Shown: positions 8,122-18,616 of the stretch, piece by piece
How the letters are laid out: every line of letters starts with the position of its first letter
How positions within the stretch are numbered: the stretch's first letter is position 1
DNA from: a virus
Lineage: Duplodnaviria > Heunggongvirae > Uroviricota > Caudoviricetes
IMG/VR virus record: IMGVR_UViG_2778261568_000008
Coordinates: 1 to 33,324 of that record
Reading direction: 5' to 3' (one strand)
DNA length: 33,324 nucleotides
The notes under the pieces: generated by a model
What the model was told of the DNA's origin: nothing
The model's database searches: none
Seen by the model: the letters and a program-made list of their open reading frames with translations, nothing else
Made by a program: the position numbers and the translations under genes

Positions 8122-8411
8122 TGGCTAATCTACGCAAAGAAGCACGCGGCAGAGAATGCCAGGTACGTATTTACGGCGTATGCAATGGTAATCCTGAAAC
8201 TACAGTTCTGGCACATTACCGGATGGCTGGAATTTGTGGAACGGGGATGAAGCCTGACGACCTGATCGGCGCATGGGCTTGTAGCGCGTGTCACGATGAA
8301 ATCGACCGACGCACCCATAACCTCGACAACAAAGACGCCAGACTTTACCACCTCGAAGGCGTGATCAGGACGCAGGCGATACTGCTGAAGGAGGGGAAGA
8401 TTAAGTCATGA
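8121..8411 (+). CDS. YbcO-like prophage protein (putative nuclease, 96 aa)
   Basis: Cys/His-rich sequence resembling DLP12 YbcO; GGGGAGG RBS. Confidence 0.7.
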   Translation: MANLRKEARGRECQVRIYGVCNGNPETTVLAHYRMAGICGTGMKPDDLIGAWACSACHDEIDRRTHNLDNKDARLYHLEGVIRTQAILLKEGKIKS

Positions 8412-8770
8412 ACGAATATCAGTTTGTGCTTCCATACCCGCCGTCGGTGAATACCTACTGGCGAAGACGGGGAAGCCAATACTACATCAGCGATAAAGGC
8501 CAGAAATACCGAAAAGACGTTCAGCAAATCATCCGCCAACTTAAGTTAGACATTTTCACCAAATCACGACTCCGCATCAAAGTCATCGCAGACGTTCCAG
8601 ACTCCCGCCGCCGCGACCTCGACAACATCCTGAAAGGTTTACTCGACTCTCTTATCCACGCCGGATTTGCGGAAGACGACGAGCAATTCGATGACATTCG
8701 CGTAATTCGTGGCGTGAAAGTACCAGGCGGAAGGCTTGGAATAAAAATCACCGAACTGGAGAACGTATGA
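8408..8770 (+). CDS. rusA: RusA-family Holliday junction resolvase
   Basis: Conserved DRRRRDLDN catalytic motif and RusA-like length; start overlaps the previous stop. Confidence 0.9.
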   Translation: MNEYQFVLPYPPSVNTYWRRRGSQYYISDKGQKYRKDVQQIIRQLKLDIFTKSRLRIKVIADVPDSRRRDLDNILKGLLDSLIHAGFAEDDEQFDDIRVIRGVKVPGGRLGIKITELENV

Positions 8771-8955
8771 ACGCCACAATTCAAACGATACCAGAGCTTC
8801 TTATCCAGACACGAGGCAATCAGACCGAAGTGGCGAGGATGCTTTCCTGCGCAAGAGGAACGGTGCTCAAGTACAACCGAGACAGCAAAGGCGAACGTCA
8901 CGTAATAGTTAACGGCGTCCTGATGGTCAAACAGGGCAAGAGGGGAAGACGATGA
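8767..8955 (+). CDS. ninH: NinH-like protein
   Basis: GNQTEVARMLSCARGTVLKY resembles lambda NinH. Confidence 0.75.
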   Translation: MNATIQTIPELLIQTRGNQTEVARMLSCARGTVLKYNRDSKGERHVIVNGVLMVKQGKRGRR

Positions 8956-9575
8956 GACTCGAAAGCGTAGCTAAATTTCATTCGCCAAAAAGCCCGATGA
9001 TGAGCGACTCACCACGGGCTACGGCTTCTGACTCTCTTTCCGGTACTGATGTGATGGCTGCTATGGGGATGGCGCAATCACAAGCCGGATTTGGAATGGC
9101 TGCGTTCTGTGGTAAGCACGAACTCAGCCAGAATGACAAACAAAAAGCCATCAACTATCTGATGCAATTTGCACACAAGGTATCGGGGAAATACCGTGGC
9201 GTTGCAAAGCTTGAAGGAAATACTAAGGCAAAGGTACTGCAAGTGCTCGCAACATTCGCTTATGCGGATTATTGCCGTAGTGCCGCGACGCCGGGCGCAA
9301 GATGCAGAGATTGCCACGGTACAGGTCGGGCGGTTGATATTGCCAAAACAGAGCAGTGGGGGAGAGTTGTTGAGAAAGAATGCGGAAGATGCAAAGGTGT
9401 CGGCTATTCAAGAATGCCAGCAAGCGCCGCATATCGCGCTGTGACGATGCTAATCCCAAACCTTACCCAACCCACCTGGTCACGCACTGTTAAGCCGCTG
9501 TATGACGCTCTGGTGGTGCAATGCCACAAGGAAGAGTCAATCGCAGACAACATTTTGAACGCGGTCACACGTTAG
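8952..9575 (+). CDS. Q: Late-gene antiterminator Q (lambda type)
   Basis: 207 aa with a Cys-rich zinc-binding segment (CRDCHGTG ... CGRCKG); matches my recollection of lambda Q nearly residue for residue. Confidence 0.9.
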   Translation: MRLESVAKFHSPKSPMMSDSPRATASDSLSGTDVMAAMGMAQSQAGFGMAAFCGKHELSQNDKQKAINYLMQFAHKVSGKYRGVAKLEGNTKAKVLQVLATFAYADYCRSAATPGARCRDCHGTGRAVDIAKTEQWGRVVEKECGRCKGVGYSRMPASAAYRAVTMLIPNLTQPTWSRTVKPLYDALVVQCHKEESIADNILNAVTR

Positions 9576-9617
9576 CAGCATGATTGCCACGGATGGCAAC
9601 ATATTAACGGCATAATA

Positions 9618-9646
9618 TTGACTTTTTGAATAAAGTTGGGTAAATT
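9618..9646 (+). promoter_or_regulatory. Late promoter PR' (-35 TTGACT 9618-9623, -10 TAAATT 9641-9646)
   Basis: 17-bp spacer, immediately downstream of Q; same hexamers as lambda PR' as I recall them. Confidence 0.6.
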
Positions 9647-9680
9647 TGACTCAACGATGGATAAATGCACTCGTTAAATA

Positions 9681-9710
9681 AAGCCCTGAGTTAATAGCTC
9701 GGGGCTTTTT
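9681..9710 (+). terminator. Intrinsic terminator about 30-55 nt downstream of the PR' start (candidate tR')
   Basis: 10-bp stem with one G-U pair (AAGCCCTGAG / CTCGGGGCTT), 7-nt loop, then TTTTT. Confidence 0.55.
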
Positions 9711-10131
9711 GCGTTACAATCACAAAAGGAAGAGCGTTAGGTGAATCGGCGATACTGCCCCACAAGCCCGTTAATCGATAGAGGTAGACTAGCGCTCTTC
9801 CTTTTGTGCTGAATTAAGCGAATGCCGGAAGCAGAACCGGATCACCAAATGCGTACAGGCGTCATCGCCGCCCAGCAACAGCATAACCCAAACTGAGCCG
9901 TAGCCACTGGTTATCCTGAACTCATCAGTGATAGTTATGCTGCGGCCTTCTACATATGACCTTCGTGAAAGCGGATGGCAAGAGGCTGCGCTAACAACCT
10001 CCTGCCGTTTTGCCCGTGCATATCGGTCACGAACAAATCTGATTACTAAACACAGTAGCCTGGATTTGTTCTATCAGTAATCGACCTTATTCCTAATTAA
10101 ATAGAGCAAATCCCCTTATTGGGGGTAAGAC

Positions 10132-10455
10132 ATGAAGATGCCAGAAAAACATGACCTGTTAGCCGCCATTCTCGCGGCAAAGGAACAAGGCATCGGGGCA
10201 ATCCTTGCGTTTGCAATGGCGTACCTTCGCGGCAGATATAATGGCGGTGCGTTTACAAAAACAGTAATCGACGCAACGATGTGCGCCATTATCGCCTGGT
10301 TCATTCGTGACCTTCTCGACTTCGCCGGACTAAGTAGCAATCTCGCTTATATAACGAGCGTGTTCATCGGCTACATCGGTACTGACTCGATTGGTTCGCT
10401 TATCAAACGCTTCGCTGCTAAAAAAGCCGGAGTAGAAGATGGTGGAAATCAATAA
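10132..10455 (+). CDS. S: Class I holin S (dual-start Met1-Lys2-Met3)
   Basis: Lambda S-like sequence with three TM segments and MKM dual-start motif. Confidence 0.95.
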   Translation: MKMPEKHDLLAAILAAKEQGIGAILAFAMAYLRGRYNGGAFTKTVIDATMCAIIAWFIRDLLDFAGLSSNLAYITSVFIGYIGTDSIGSLIKRFAAKKAGVEDGGNQ

Positions 10456-10915
10456 TCAACGTAAGGCGTTCCTCGATATGCTGGCATGGTCAGAGGGAAC
10501 TGATAACGGACGTCAGAAAACCAGAAATCATGGTTATGACGTCATTGTAGGAGGAGAGCTATTCACTGATTACTCCGATCACCCTCGCAAACTTGTCACG
10601 CTAAACCCCAAACTCAAATCAACAGCCGCCGGACGCTACCAGCTTCTTTCCCGTTGGTGGGATGCCTACCGCAAGCAGCTTGGCCTGAAAGACTTCTCTC
10701 CCAAAAGCCAGGACGCTGTGGCACTGCAGCAGATTAAGGAGCGTGGCGCTTTACCGATGATTGATCGCGGTGATATCCGTCAGGCTATCGATCGTTGCAG
10801 CAATATCTGGGCTTCACTTCCGGGGGCTGGTTATGGTCAGTTCGAGCATAAGGCTGACAGCCTGATTGCAAAATTCAAAGAAGCGGGTGGAACGGTCAGA
10901 GAGATTGAGGTATGA
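10439..10915 (+). CDS. R: Endolysin R (lytic transglycosylase)
   Basis: Lambda R-like sequence over the full length; start overlaps the end of S. Confidence 0.95.
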   Translation: MVEINNQRKAFLDMLAWSEGTDNGRQKTRNHGYDVIVGGELFTDYSDHPRKLVTLNPKLKSTAAGRYQLLSRWWDAYRKQLGLKDFSPKSQDAVALQQIKERGALPMIDRGDIRQAIDRCSNIWASLPGAGYGQFEHKADSLIAKFKEAGGTVREIEV

Positions 10916-11379
10916 GCAGAGTAACCGCGATTATCTCCGCTCTGGTTATCTGTATCATCGTCTGCCTGTCATGGGCTGTTAATCATTACCGTGATAACGC
11001 CATTACCTACAAAGCCCAGCGCGACAAAAATGCCAGAGAACTGAAGCTGGCGAACGCGGCAATTACTGACATGCAGATGCGTCAGCGTGATGTTGCTGCG
11101 CTCGATGCAAAATACACGAAGGAGTTAGCTGATGCGAAAGCTGAAAATGATGCTCTTCTGCGGAAGCTTGATAATGGTGGTCGGGTGCTCGTCAAAGGAA
11201 AATGCCCTGTGCCATCCTCAGCCGAAACCTCCAGCGCCTCCGGCATGGGCAATGATGCCACCGTCGAACTCTCTCCAGTTGCTGGACGAAACGTTCTCGG
11301 TATCCGGGACGGAATCATCAGCGACCAAACAGCACTGAGAACGCTTCAGGAATACATCAGGACGCAATGCCTTCGATGA
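10912..11379 (+). CDS. Rz: Spanin inner-membrane subunit Rz
   Basis: N-terminal TM segment and coiled coil; the N-terminal half matches lambda Rz, the C-terminal half diverges. Confidence 0.9.
   Translation: MSRVTAIISALVICIIVCLSWAVNHYRDNAITYKAQRDKNARELKLANAAITDMQMRQRDVAALDAKYTKELADAKAENDALLRKLDNGGRVLVKGKCPVPSSAETSSASGMGNDATVELSPVAGRNVLGIRDGIISDQTALRTLQEYIRTQCLR
11132..11338 (+). CDS. Rz1: Spanin outer-membrane lipoprotein Rz1, embedded in the +1 frame of Rz
   Basis: Lipobox VVGC after a signal sequence and a proline-rich mature region ([11 protein letters not shown]); entirely inside Rz. Confidence 0.75.
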   Translation: MRKLKMMLFCGSLIMVVGCSSKENALCHPQPKPPAPPAWAMMPPSNSLQLLDETFSVSGTESSATKQH

Positions 11380-11678
11380 TAGCGATAATTTTACTCATCA
11401 TCCTTCACATCTGGCTCTGTAGACAGGGTGGTGATCACTTCTGGAGTGAATCCAGATTAAACATCTCATTGCTGATGCTTGATATTGAGCATCTGGCGCG
11501 CGGTAAGGGGCTGCGTTGAGATAAGAGCCAGTCATTACAAAGCCTATCTACGGGTGGGCTTGATAATGAAACCGGGATTTATTCTGGGCAACCAGTTACG
11601 GCAGTACAGCGAAACAACCCAAGCCAGAAAGTGGGGAAATAACACTGGCAGCCACTGAAAGATGAACCTCCAGCCTTA

Positions 11679-12116
<438 letters not shown>

Positions 12117-12228
12117 AACGAGCTGATTGATGCGTTGAATATTTTGCGTGTGAATTGATGTATCTCATTAATTAAACTGGTGGATGAATCCATTATGAAT
12201 TTTCACTCACCGGTATCGGAGAAAATCG

Positions 12229-12969
12229 ATGCATCAAACTTTAGCCAACGCAACGTTTCAGGTCATTGCAGGTGATTCTCGTGGTAGTGGGTTCAGCTTC
12301 ATGCGAGAAGATCTGGTCGTAACCAATTTGCATGTTGTCGCCACCTGCTGTGACTTGCAGAACCTGCGTCAAATTAATCATGTCATCCTTCAAACTGAAG
12401 TTAATGAGCATATCGAAGCTCAAATATTGCACATTGATGGTGACAACGACTTTGCGATTATGCGGTTGCAATCACAGCTTCCTGCCGGGAGAACAGTCCT
12501 TCAACCATCTGCTGGGTTTGCTCCATCCAGGGGCAGAAAAGTAATTTTTGCAGGATACCCGCATGGGATACCTCTGTTACTAACAAGTGAGGCAATTATT
12601 TCAGCACCGATGGAGCATGGCCGATTTACGCTTGATGGAATGGTTAATGGGGGGAACTCAGGAGGACCTATTATTGATCGAGATTCGGGAGAGTTAGTAG
12701 GTATCGTCACCCAGCGTAGATATATAATGGGCGATCAGGCTGATGCTTTCAGCCAAGAAATAGCCCAACTGCGACAATATCTTTCTTCAGCAAGTCAGCA
12801 TGGAAGTGTTGAGATCATGGGTGTTAATTTCGGGCAAATGGCGGACATGTTTGGTAGATCGCTACAGATTGTTTCGGACATGATGTCGCAGAATGCTAAC
12901 TCCGGAATTGGTATTGGATTTTCAATCCAGCCCATCGTTGATGTGATCACATCTTTCCCTACGAAATAA
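12229..12969 (+). CDS. Trypsin-like (chymotrypsin-fold) serine protease, no signal peptide
   Basis: Catalytic triad context: His in TNLHVVATC, Asp in DFAIMRL, Ser in GGNSGGPIID; GGAG RBS; AT-rich surroundings. Confidence 0.85.
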   Translation: MHQTLANATFQVIAGDSRGSGFSFMREDLVVTNLHVVATCCDLQNLRQINHVILQTEVNEHIEAQILHIDGDNDFAIMRLQSQLPAGRTVLQPSAGFAPSRGRKVIFAGYPHGIPLLLTSEAIISAPMEHGRFTLDGMVNGGNSGGPIIDRDSGELVGIVTQRRYIMGDQADAFSQEIAQLRQYLSSASQHGSVEIMGVNFGQMADMFGRSLQIVSDMMSQNANSGIGIGFSIQPIVDVITSFPTK

Positions 12970-13002
12970 ACATTCGTTGTATAAGATTTTATACATGATA
13001 TG

Positions 13003-13028
13003 GCCACGCATATGTGTGGCTTTTTATT
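13003..13028 (+). terminator. Rho-independent terminator after the protease gene
   Basis: GCCAC / GTGGC stem, 8-nt loop, then TTTTTATT. Confidence 0.55.
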
Positions 13029-13132
13029 GCCATCACAAAAGCCATTCCCTACAGAGTGGCTTTGATAATGGCTTATACCCTACACGGGATAACTTAACTG
13101 ATATCCCTTTTAACGGATAAACGGAGCCAACA

Positions 13133-13375
13133 ATGGCAGAGATTATTCCCATGACTGAAGAACAGAAATTCCAGTTAGAGATTTACAAGCTGGTCATGAA
13201 CCAGAACGCAGCCGCAGAAGAAGCATTTCAATTCATCGGCACTGACGAGTTGAAGCTTGAGCTATTCAAAATTCACTTCCAGTCAGGTGGCGCTAATTCA
13301 GATATCACGACCCGAACTATCGAAGCGGTGCGTAAATCGAAGGAAGCGTTAGACCTGTTCACTACCGGAGCATGA
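13133..13375 (+). CDS. Hypothetical protein (80 aa)
   Basis: GGAG RBS; coding-like composition. Confidence 0.5.
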   Translation: MAEIIPMTEEQKFQLEIYKLVMNQNAAAEEAFQFIGTDELKLELFKIHFQSGGANSDITTRTIEAVRKSKEALDLFTTGA

Positions 13376-13376
13376 T

Positions 13377-13556
13377 GTGAGCCGCGTAATCAATTTGGGT
13401 AAGGAGAAGAAATTCCCAATTACTCAAGAGCTATACGAGCGGCTGGAAATCGTTATCCATGATTACGATGGTGAAATCAGTTTATGCGAGGCGATTGGCA
13501 CACTCGAATTGCTGAAGCAGTCACTGATTGAAGGCGCGAAAGAGTCCTCAACCTGA
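13377..13556 (+). CDS. Hypothetical protein (59 aa, GTG start coupled to the previous stop)
   Basis: GTG 2 nt after the preceding stop with GGAG upstream. Not in the ORF track. Confidence 0.35.
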   Translation: MSRVINLGKEKKFPITQELYERLEIVIHDYDGEISLCEAIGTLELLKQSLIEGAKESST

Positions 13557-13573
13557 AATAAAAATTAAGTGAG

Positions 13574-14002
13574 ATGAATATGGCGACTGAACCAAAAGCT
13601 GGTCGCCCCTCTGATTATATGCCGGAGGTGGCTGACGATATCTGCTCGTTGCTTTCTTCTGGCGAGAGTTTGCTGAAAGTATGTAAGCGTCCTGGTATGC
13701 CGGATAAGTCCACTGTTTTCCGCTGGTTGGCAAAGCATGAGGATTTTCGCGACAAGTACGCGAAGGCAACTGAGGCACGAGCTGATTCTATTTTCGAAGA
13801 GATATTCGAAATTGCTGACAATGCGATTCCAGATGCTGCTGAAGTGGCAAAGGCAAGACTTCGCGTTGATACACGCAAATGGGCGTTGGCCCGAATGAAT
13901 CCCCGTAAGTATGGCGACAAGGTAACTAACGAGCTTGTCGGTAAGGACGGCGGCGCAATCCAGATTGAAACATCACCGATGAGCACTCTATTCGGAAAAT
14001 GA
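13574..14002 (+). CDS. Terminase small subunit (Sf6 gp1-like)
   Basis: About 140 aa directly upstream of the large terminase; matches my recollection of Sf6 gp1. The start may be the ATG at 13580. Confidence 0.85.
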   Translation: MNMATEPKAGRPSDYMPEVADDICSLLSSGESLLKVCKRPGMPDKSTVFRWLAKHEDFRDKYAKATEARADSIFEEIFEIADNAIPDAAEVAKARLRVDTRKWALARMNPRKYGDKVTNELVGKDGGAIQIETSPMSTLFGK

Positions 14003-15414
14003 CCTCGATTAATCCTATCTTTGAACCGTTCATTGAGGCGCATCGCTACAAAGTCGCCAAAGGCGGTCGAGGTAGCGGTAAGTCATGGGCAATTGCGAGG
14101 CTGCTTGTTGAAGCGGCGCGTCGGCAGCCAGTGCGTATTCTCTGCGCTCGTGAACTGCAAAACAGTATCAGCGATTCGGTAATCCGGCTGCTTGAAGATA
14201 CCATCGAGCGTGAAGGGTATTCGGCTGAGTTTGAAATTCAGCGTTCCATGATTCGTCATCTCGGAACGAATGCTGAGTTCATGTTCTACGGCATCAAAAA
14301 CAACCCGACGAAGATTAAATCGCTAGAAGGTATTGATATCTGCTGGGTGGAGGAAGCGGAAGCGGTAACGAAGGAATCATGGGATATCCTGATACCAACC
14401 ATCCGCAAGCCGTTTTCCGAAATATGGGTGAGCTTTAACCCTAAGAACATCCTCGACGATACCTATCAGCGATTCGTCGTAAATCCTCCCGATGATATTT
14501 GCCTGCTGACGGTGAACTACACCGACAATCCGCATTTTCCTGAAGTTCTCCGTCTGGAGATGGAAGAGTGTAAACGCAGAAACCCGACACTGTATCGTCA
14601 CATCTGGCTTGGTGAGCCAGTGAGCGCAAGTGATATGGCAGTCATCAAACGTGAATGGCTTGAAGCCGCAACCGATGCGCACAAGAAACTCGGATGGAAA
14701 GCGAAAGGCGCTGTTGTCTCTGCGCATGACCCATCAGATACAGGGCCAGATGCTAAAGGTTATGCATCGCGTCACGGTTCGGTTGTTAAGCGCATTGCCG
14801 AAGGTCTGCTGATGGACATCAACGAGGGTGCTGACTGGGCTACTTCGCTGGCGATTGAAGACGGCGCTGACCATTACCTGTGGGATGGTGATGGTGTTGG
14901 TGCCGGGCTACGCAGACAGACAACGGAAGCGTTCTCCGGCAAGAAAATCACCGCCACGATGTTCAAAGGCAGCGAATCGCCATTCGATGAAGATGCGCCG
15001 TATCAGGCCGGAGCATGGGCTGATGAAGTCGTACAGGGTGACAACGTTCGCACTATTGGCGATGTGTTTCGCAATAAGCGAGCGCAATTCTATTACGCGC
15101 TGGCTGACAGGCTGTATCTGACATATCGGGCGGTTGTCCACGGTGAGTATGCAGACCCCGACGACATGCTGAGTTTCGACAAAGAAGCGATAGGCGAGAA
15201 GATGCTGGAGAAGCTGTTTGCAGAACTGACGCAGATTCAGCGCAAATTCAATAACAACGGGAAGCTGGAGCTTATGACTAAGGTCGAAATGAAGCAGAAG
15301 CTCGGTATTCCATCTCCTAACCTGGCTGATGCGCTGATGATGTGTATGCATTGCCCGGAGTCGGCTGCGCAACCCGACTATTCCAGTTACTCAATTCCTT
15401 GTGGTGTAGGTTGA
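13999..15414 (+). CDS. Terminase large subunit
   Basis: Walker A KGGRGSGKSW near the N-terminus; length and order typical of headful terminases. Confidence 0.95.
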   Translation: MTSINPIFEPFIEAHRYKVAKGGRGSGKSWAIARLLVEAARRQPVRILCARELQNSISDSVIRLLEDTIEREGYSAEFEIQRSMIRHLGTNAEFMFYGIKNNPTKIKSLEGIDICWVEEAEAVTKESWDILIPTIRKPFSEIWVSFNPKNILDDTYQRFVVNPPDDICLLTVNYTDNPHFPEVLRLEMEECKRRNPTLYRHIWLGEPVSASDMAVIKREWLEAATDAHKKLGWKAKGAVVSAHDPSDTGPDAKGYASRHGSVVKRIAEGLLMDINEGADWATSLAIEDGADHYLWDGDGVGAGLRRQTTEAFSGKKITATMFKGSESPFDEDAPYQAGAWADEVVQGDNVRTIGDVFRNKRAQFYYALADRLYLTYRAVVHGEYADPDDMLSFDKEAIGEKMLEKLFAELTQIQRKFNNNGKLELMTKVEMKQKLGIPSPNLADALMMCMHCPESAAQPDYSSYSIPCGVG

Positions 15415-15415
15415 T

Positions 15416-17614
15416 ATGGCAGAAAAAAAGATGGCTGACTGGCATCGCAAGGTGCTGTGCAACTTTGATAATGCCTGGTCAGCAACGCATGATATGCGTG
15501 AGCAGATTATTGAGGCTCAACGTTTCGTCAGGGTGTCCGGCGCACAGTGGGAAGGTAGCACAAACGCTGGTTACTCGTTTGATGAGGGCAGGTTTGAGCA
15601 TTACCCGCGCTTTGAACTGAATAAGATTGCCCGTGAATGTGATCGCATCATTGGCGAGTATCGACAGAATCGCATCAGCGTTAAATTCAGGCCGAAGGAC
15701 GATAAGGCATCGGAAGCGTTAGCCGAAAAGATGAACGGCAAATTCCGCGCTGACTATCAGGAAACATCCGGTGGCGAAGCGTGTGATAACGCATTTGATG
15801 ATGCTGTAACGGGCGGATTCGGTTGTTTCCGCATGTGTGCCGATTACGAAGATGAAATGGATCCGAGTAACGAGCAGCGACGCATCAGCCTTCTTCCTGT
15901 TTACGACCCAGCGACATGCGTCTTCTTCGATCAGGACAGCAAACAATATGACCGCTCTGATGCTATGTGGGCTATGGAAATGTTCTCCATGACGCCCAAA
16001 GCGTTCGAGGCTGAATACCCTGATTCCATCGCGGCAAGTCTTTCTCGTGATGACACTGGCACTCAATATGACTGGTCAACGCCCGATGCTATCTATGTTG
16101 GACGCTACTACGAAGTACGCATAGAGAAGGTGAAGCTCACGGCGTGGCGCAACCCTGTTAGCGGAGAAACGGCAATCTATGATGAAGAGCAAATCAAAGA
16201 TGTTGTCGACGAGCTAACCGATGGCGCATTCGAACTGATTGGTGAGCGAACGGTGAAGAAACGCCGCGTTTATTGCGGCCTTCTGTCTGGCGCTGAATGG
16301 CTGGAAGAACCGAAGCGTATTCCGGGCGAACATATTCCTCTCATCCCGGTATATGGGCGTCGATCATTTGTTGATAATCAGGAGCGAATCGAAGGCCACG
16401 CAGCAAAAGCGATGGATGCACAGCGTCTTGAGAACCTGATGGTTTCCATGATTGCAGATAACGCTACTCAGGCTGGCGGTGATGGCATTCCTATCGTGGA
16501 TGTTGATTTCATTCCCGGTCCATTAATGAATCACTGGGCAGAGAGGAATAAGAAAAGACCTGCAGTTCTCCCCATGACCAGCAAGAAGGACAAAAACGGA
16601 ACGGTCATTTCAGAGGCTCAGGTTGCTGGCTGGACACCTCCGACACAAATGCCTCCTGCTCTTGCCGGGCTATTGCAGTACACCGGAACGGCTATTCAGC
16701 AAATTACAGGCGCGTCGCAGCTTGAGAACATGCCGAGCAACGTCGCTACCGATACCGTTGATAGTATCTTTAACCGGATGGATACGCAGTCCTATATCTA
16801 CATGGACAACATGGCTAAATCCATGCGCCGCGCTGGCGTCGTGTGGCTTTCTATGGCTCGTGAAGTCTATGGCAGCGATACGCCAATGCGCATCGTTAAT
16901 GAGGACGGCAGCGATGACGTGGCGCTAATGACTGGTGAAGTGGTTGACCGTCAGACAGGGCAGGTTATCGCGCTTAACGACCTTTCGCAGGGTAACTATG
17001 AAGTGACTGTCGATGTCGGTCAGTCGTTCGCTACTCGCCGTGATGCAACGGTTAAGTCGTTACTTTCCATGCTGGCACTTATCCCGCCAGGGACGCCGAA
17101 GCACGACCTTGTATCGTCGATGATTCTCGACAATATGGACGGCGAAGGGATGGACGACCTTAAAGAATACAACCGCAATCAGTTGCTTCTGTCTGGCGTT
17201 ATCAAGCCGAGAACGCCTGAAGAACAGCAGATGGTTGAACAGGCAAAACAACAACAGGCCAGTCAGCCAGATCCGGCTATGGTTGCAGCGCAAGGTCAGC
17301 TTCTTGCTGGTCAGGCTGAATTGCAGAAAGCGCAGAACGAACAGGCAGCCATTCAGGTTAAAGCATTCCAGGCACAGACTGATGCTCAGGTTGCAGCGGC
17401 AAATGTTGTGAAAATCCTCGCATCTGCCGATAGTCAGCAGAAATCTGATATCCGCGAGGCTCTGAAACTGCTCGGACAGTTCCAGCAACAGCAAGGAGAC
17501 AATGCCCGTGCTGATGCAGAGCTTGTCCTGAAAAGTCAGGCACAGGGCCATGCGCAGCGCATGGACATCAGCAGCATCCTGCAAAAATCAACTCAGCAAC
17601 AACCACAGCAGTAA
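15416..17614 (+). CDS. Portal protein (P22 gp1 / Sf6 gp3-like)
   Basis: 732 aa immediately after the terminase, with a Q-rich C-terminal barrel extension as in P22 portal. Confidence 0.9.
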   Translation: MAEKKMADWHRKVLCNFDNAWSATHDMREQIIEAQRFVRVSGAQWEGSTNAGYSFDEGRFEHYPRFELNKIARECDRIIGEYRQNRISVKFRPKDDKASEALAEKMNGKFRADYQETSGGEACDNAFDDAVTGGFGCFRMCADYEDEMDPSNEQRRISLLPVYDPATCVFFDQDSKQYDRSDAMWAMEMFSMTPKAFEAEYPDSIAASLSRDDTGTQYDWSTPDAIYVGRYYEVRIEKVKLTAWRNPVSGETAIYDEEQIKDVVDELTDGAFELIGERTVKKRRVYCGLLSGAEWLEEPKRIPGEHIPLIPVYGRRSFVDNQERIEGHAAKAMDAQRLENLMVSMIADNATQAGGDGIPIVDVDFIPGPLMNHWAERNKKRPAVLPMTSKKDKNGTVISEAQVAGWTPPTQMPPALAGLLQYTGTAIQQITGASQLENMPSNVATDTVDSIFNRMDTQSYIYMDNMAKSMRRAGVVWLSMAREVYGSDTPMRIVNEDGSDDVALMTGEVVDRQTGQVIALNDLSQGNYEVTVDVGQSFATRRDATVKSLLSMLALIPPGTPKHDLVSSMILDNMDGEGMDDLKEYNRNQLLLSGVIKPRTPEEQQMVEQAKQQQASQPDPAMVAAQGQLLAGQAELQKAQNEQAAIQVKAFQAQTDAQVAAANVVKILASADSQQKSDIREALKLLGQFQQQQGDNARADAELVLKSQAQGHAQRMDISSILQKSTQQQPQQ

Positions 17615-17704
17615 TTAACCCATAACGTGCAATGGCTGTCTTTATGAGGCCTGGCACCCTATTGCCTTCCGATGGGCTGAACATCGAGTAAACAGGGGTA
17701 ACAC

Positions 17705-18598
17705 ATGGACCAGATGGCAGAAAACACACCAGAAGTTGAAATCGAACCCGACGCGTCAGAGCAGATTCCTGATGATGTCGAACTGGCTGAAGAAGTCGAA
17801 ACAGAAGATGGCAGCGAGTCCTCCGGCAATGATGCAGAGGAAGCTACTGAAACTGATGACGACGAATCAGAACAGGAATTCTACTTTGGTGACGAAAAGC
17901 TGGATTCGCCAACCAGCGAAGATGGCGCAGAGCATGGACTGGTAAAACACCTGCGCAAGACGATTAAAGAGAAAGACCGCGAGCTGAAAGAGCTGATGCG
18001 TCAGTCTCAGAAACCCGTCGAGCAGCAGCCGGTAATCACTCAACCACCGCGAATGCCAAAACTGGATGATGAGGACATCGGTTTCGATGAAGAAATCTAC
18101 CAGCAACGCATGGCTAAGTGGGCAGAGGATAACGGCAAGTACCAGCAACAGGAGATGGCTCGCAAGCAGAAGGAGCAGGAGCTTCAGGCTGCCTATCAAG
18201 AGCGATTATCCAAATATCAGCAACGTGTTAAGGCTCTCAAAGTTCCTGGCTATCAGGAAGCTGAGCAGGCCGTACTCGAGGAAATCCCCATCGAGACACA
18301 AAACGCGATCCTGTTTGAGTCAGAGAAGCCGGAAATCGTTGTTCTGGCACTCGGTCGCAACGCTGAACTGCGCAAGCAACTGGCAGAAGCTACCAACCCC
18401 GTAGCAATTGGTCGTCTGCTGGAACGTATCGAATCGAAGGCCAGAATCATGCCAAAAGCAAAAACCACGGCAGCCACAACCCCGACAGTTAAGGGGAGCA
18501 ACGGCGCAGTAATCAATAACCTCGACAAACTGAAAGCCAAGGTGCTGGAAACTGGTGACTGGACGCCGTATTTCGCCGCTAAAAAGGCAAAAAAATAA
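17705..18598 (+). CDS. Scaffolding protein (P22 gp8-like)
   Basis: Acidic N-terminus, coiled-coil-rich, positioned between portal and coat. Confidence 0.75.
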   Translation: MDQMAENTPEVEIEPDASEQIPDDVELAEEVETEDGSESSGNDAEEATETDDDESEQEFYFGDEKLDSPTSEDGAEHGLVKHLRKTIKEKDRELKELMRQSQKPVEQQPVITQPPRMPKLDDEDIGFDEEIYQQRMAKWAEDNGKYQQQEMARKQKEQELQAAYQERLSKYQQRVKALKVPGYQEAEQAVLEEIPIETQNAILFESEKPEIVVLALGRNAELRKQLAEATNPVAIGRLLERIESKARIMPKAKTTAATTPTVKGSNGAVINNLDKLKAKVLETGDWTPYFAAKKAKK

Positions 18599-18616
18599 CC
18601 TATCGGAGCATTAAGC

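Noticed and set aside
9840-10131. Possible tRNA or small RNA gene between tR' and S
   Set aside because: No cloverleaf-like structure or conserved tRNA elements were seen; treated as untranslated late leader.
14908-15372. 154-aa minus-strand ORF inside the large terminase gene
   Set aside because: Antisense to a well-supported terminase gene; no independent signals.
17060-17584. 174-aa minus-strand ORF inside the portal gene
   Set aside because: Antisense to the Q-rich portal C-terminus; no independent signals.
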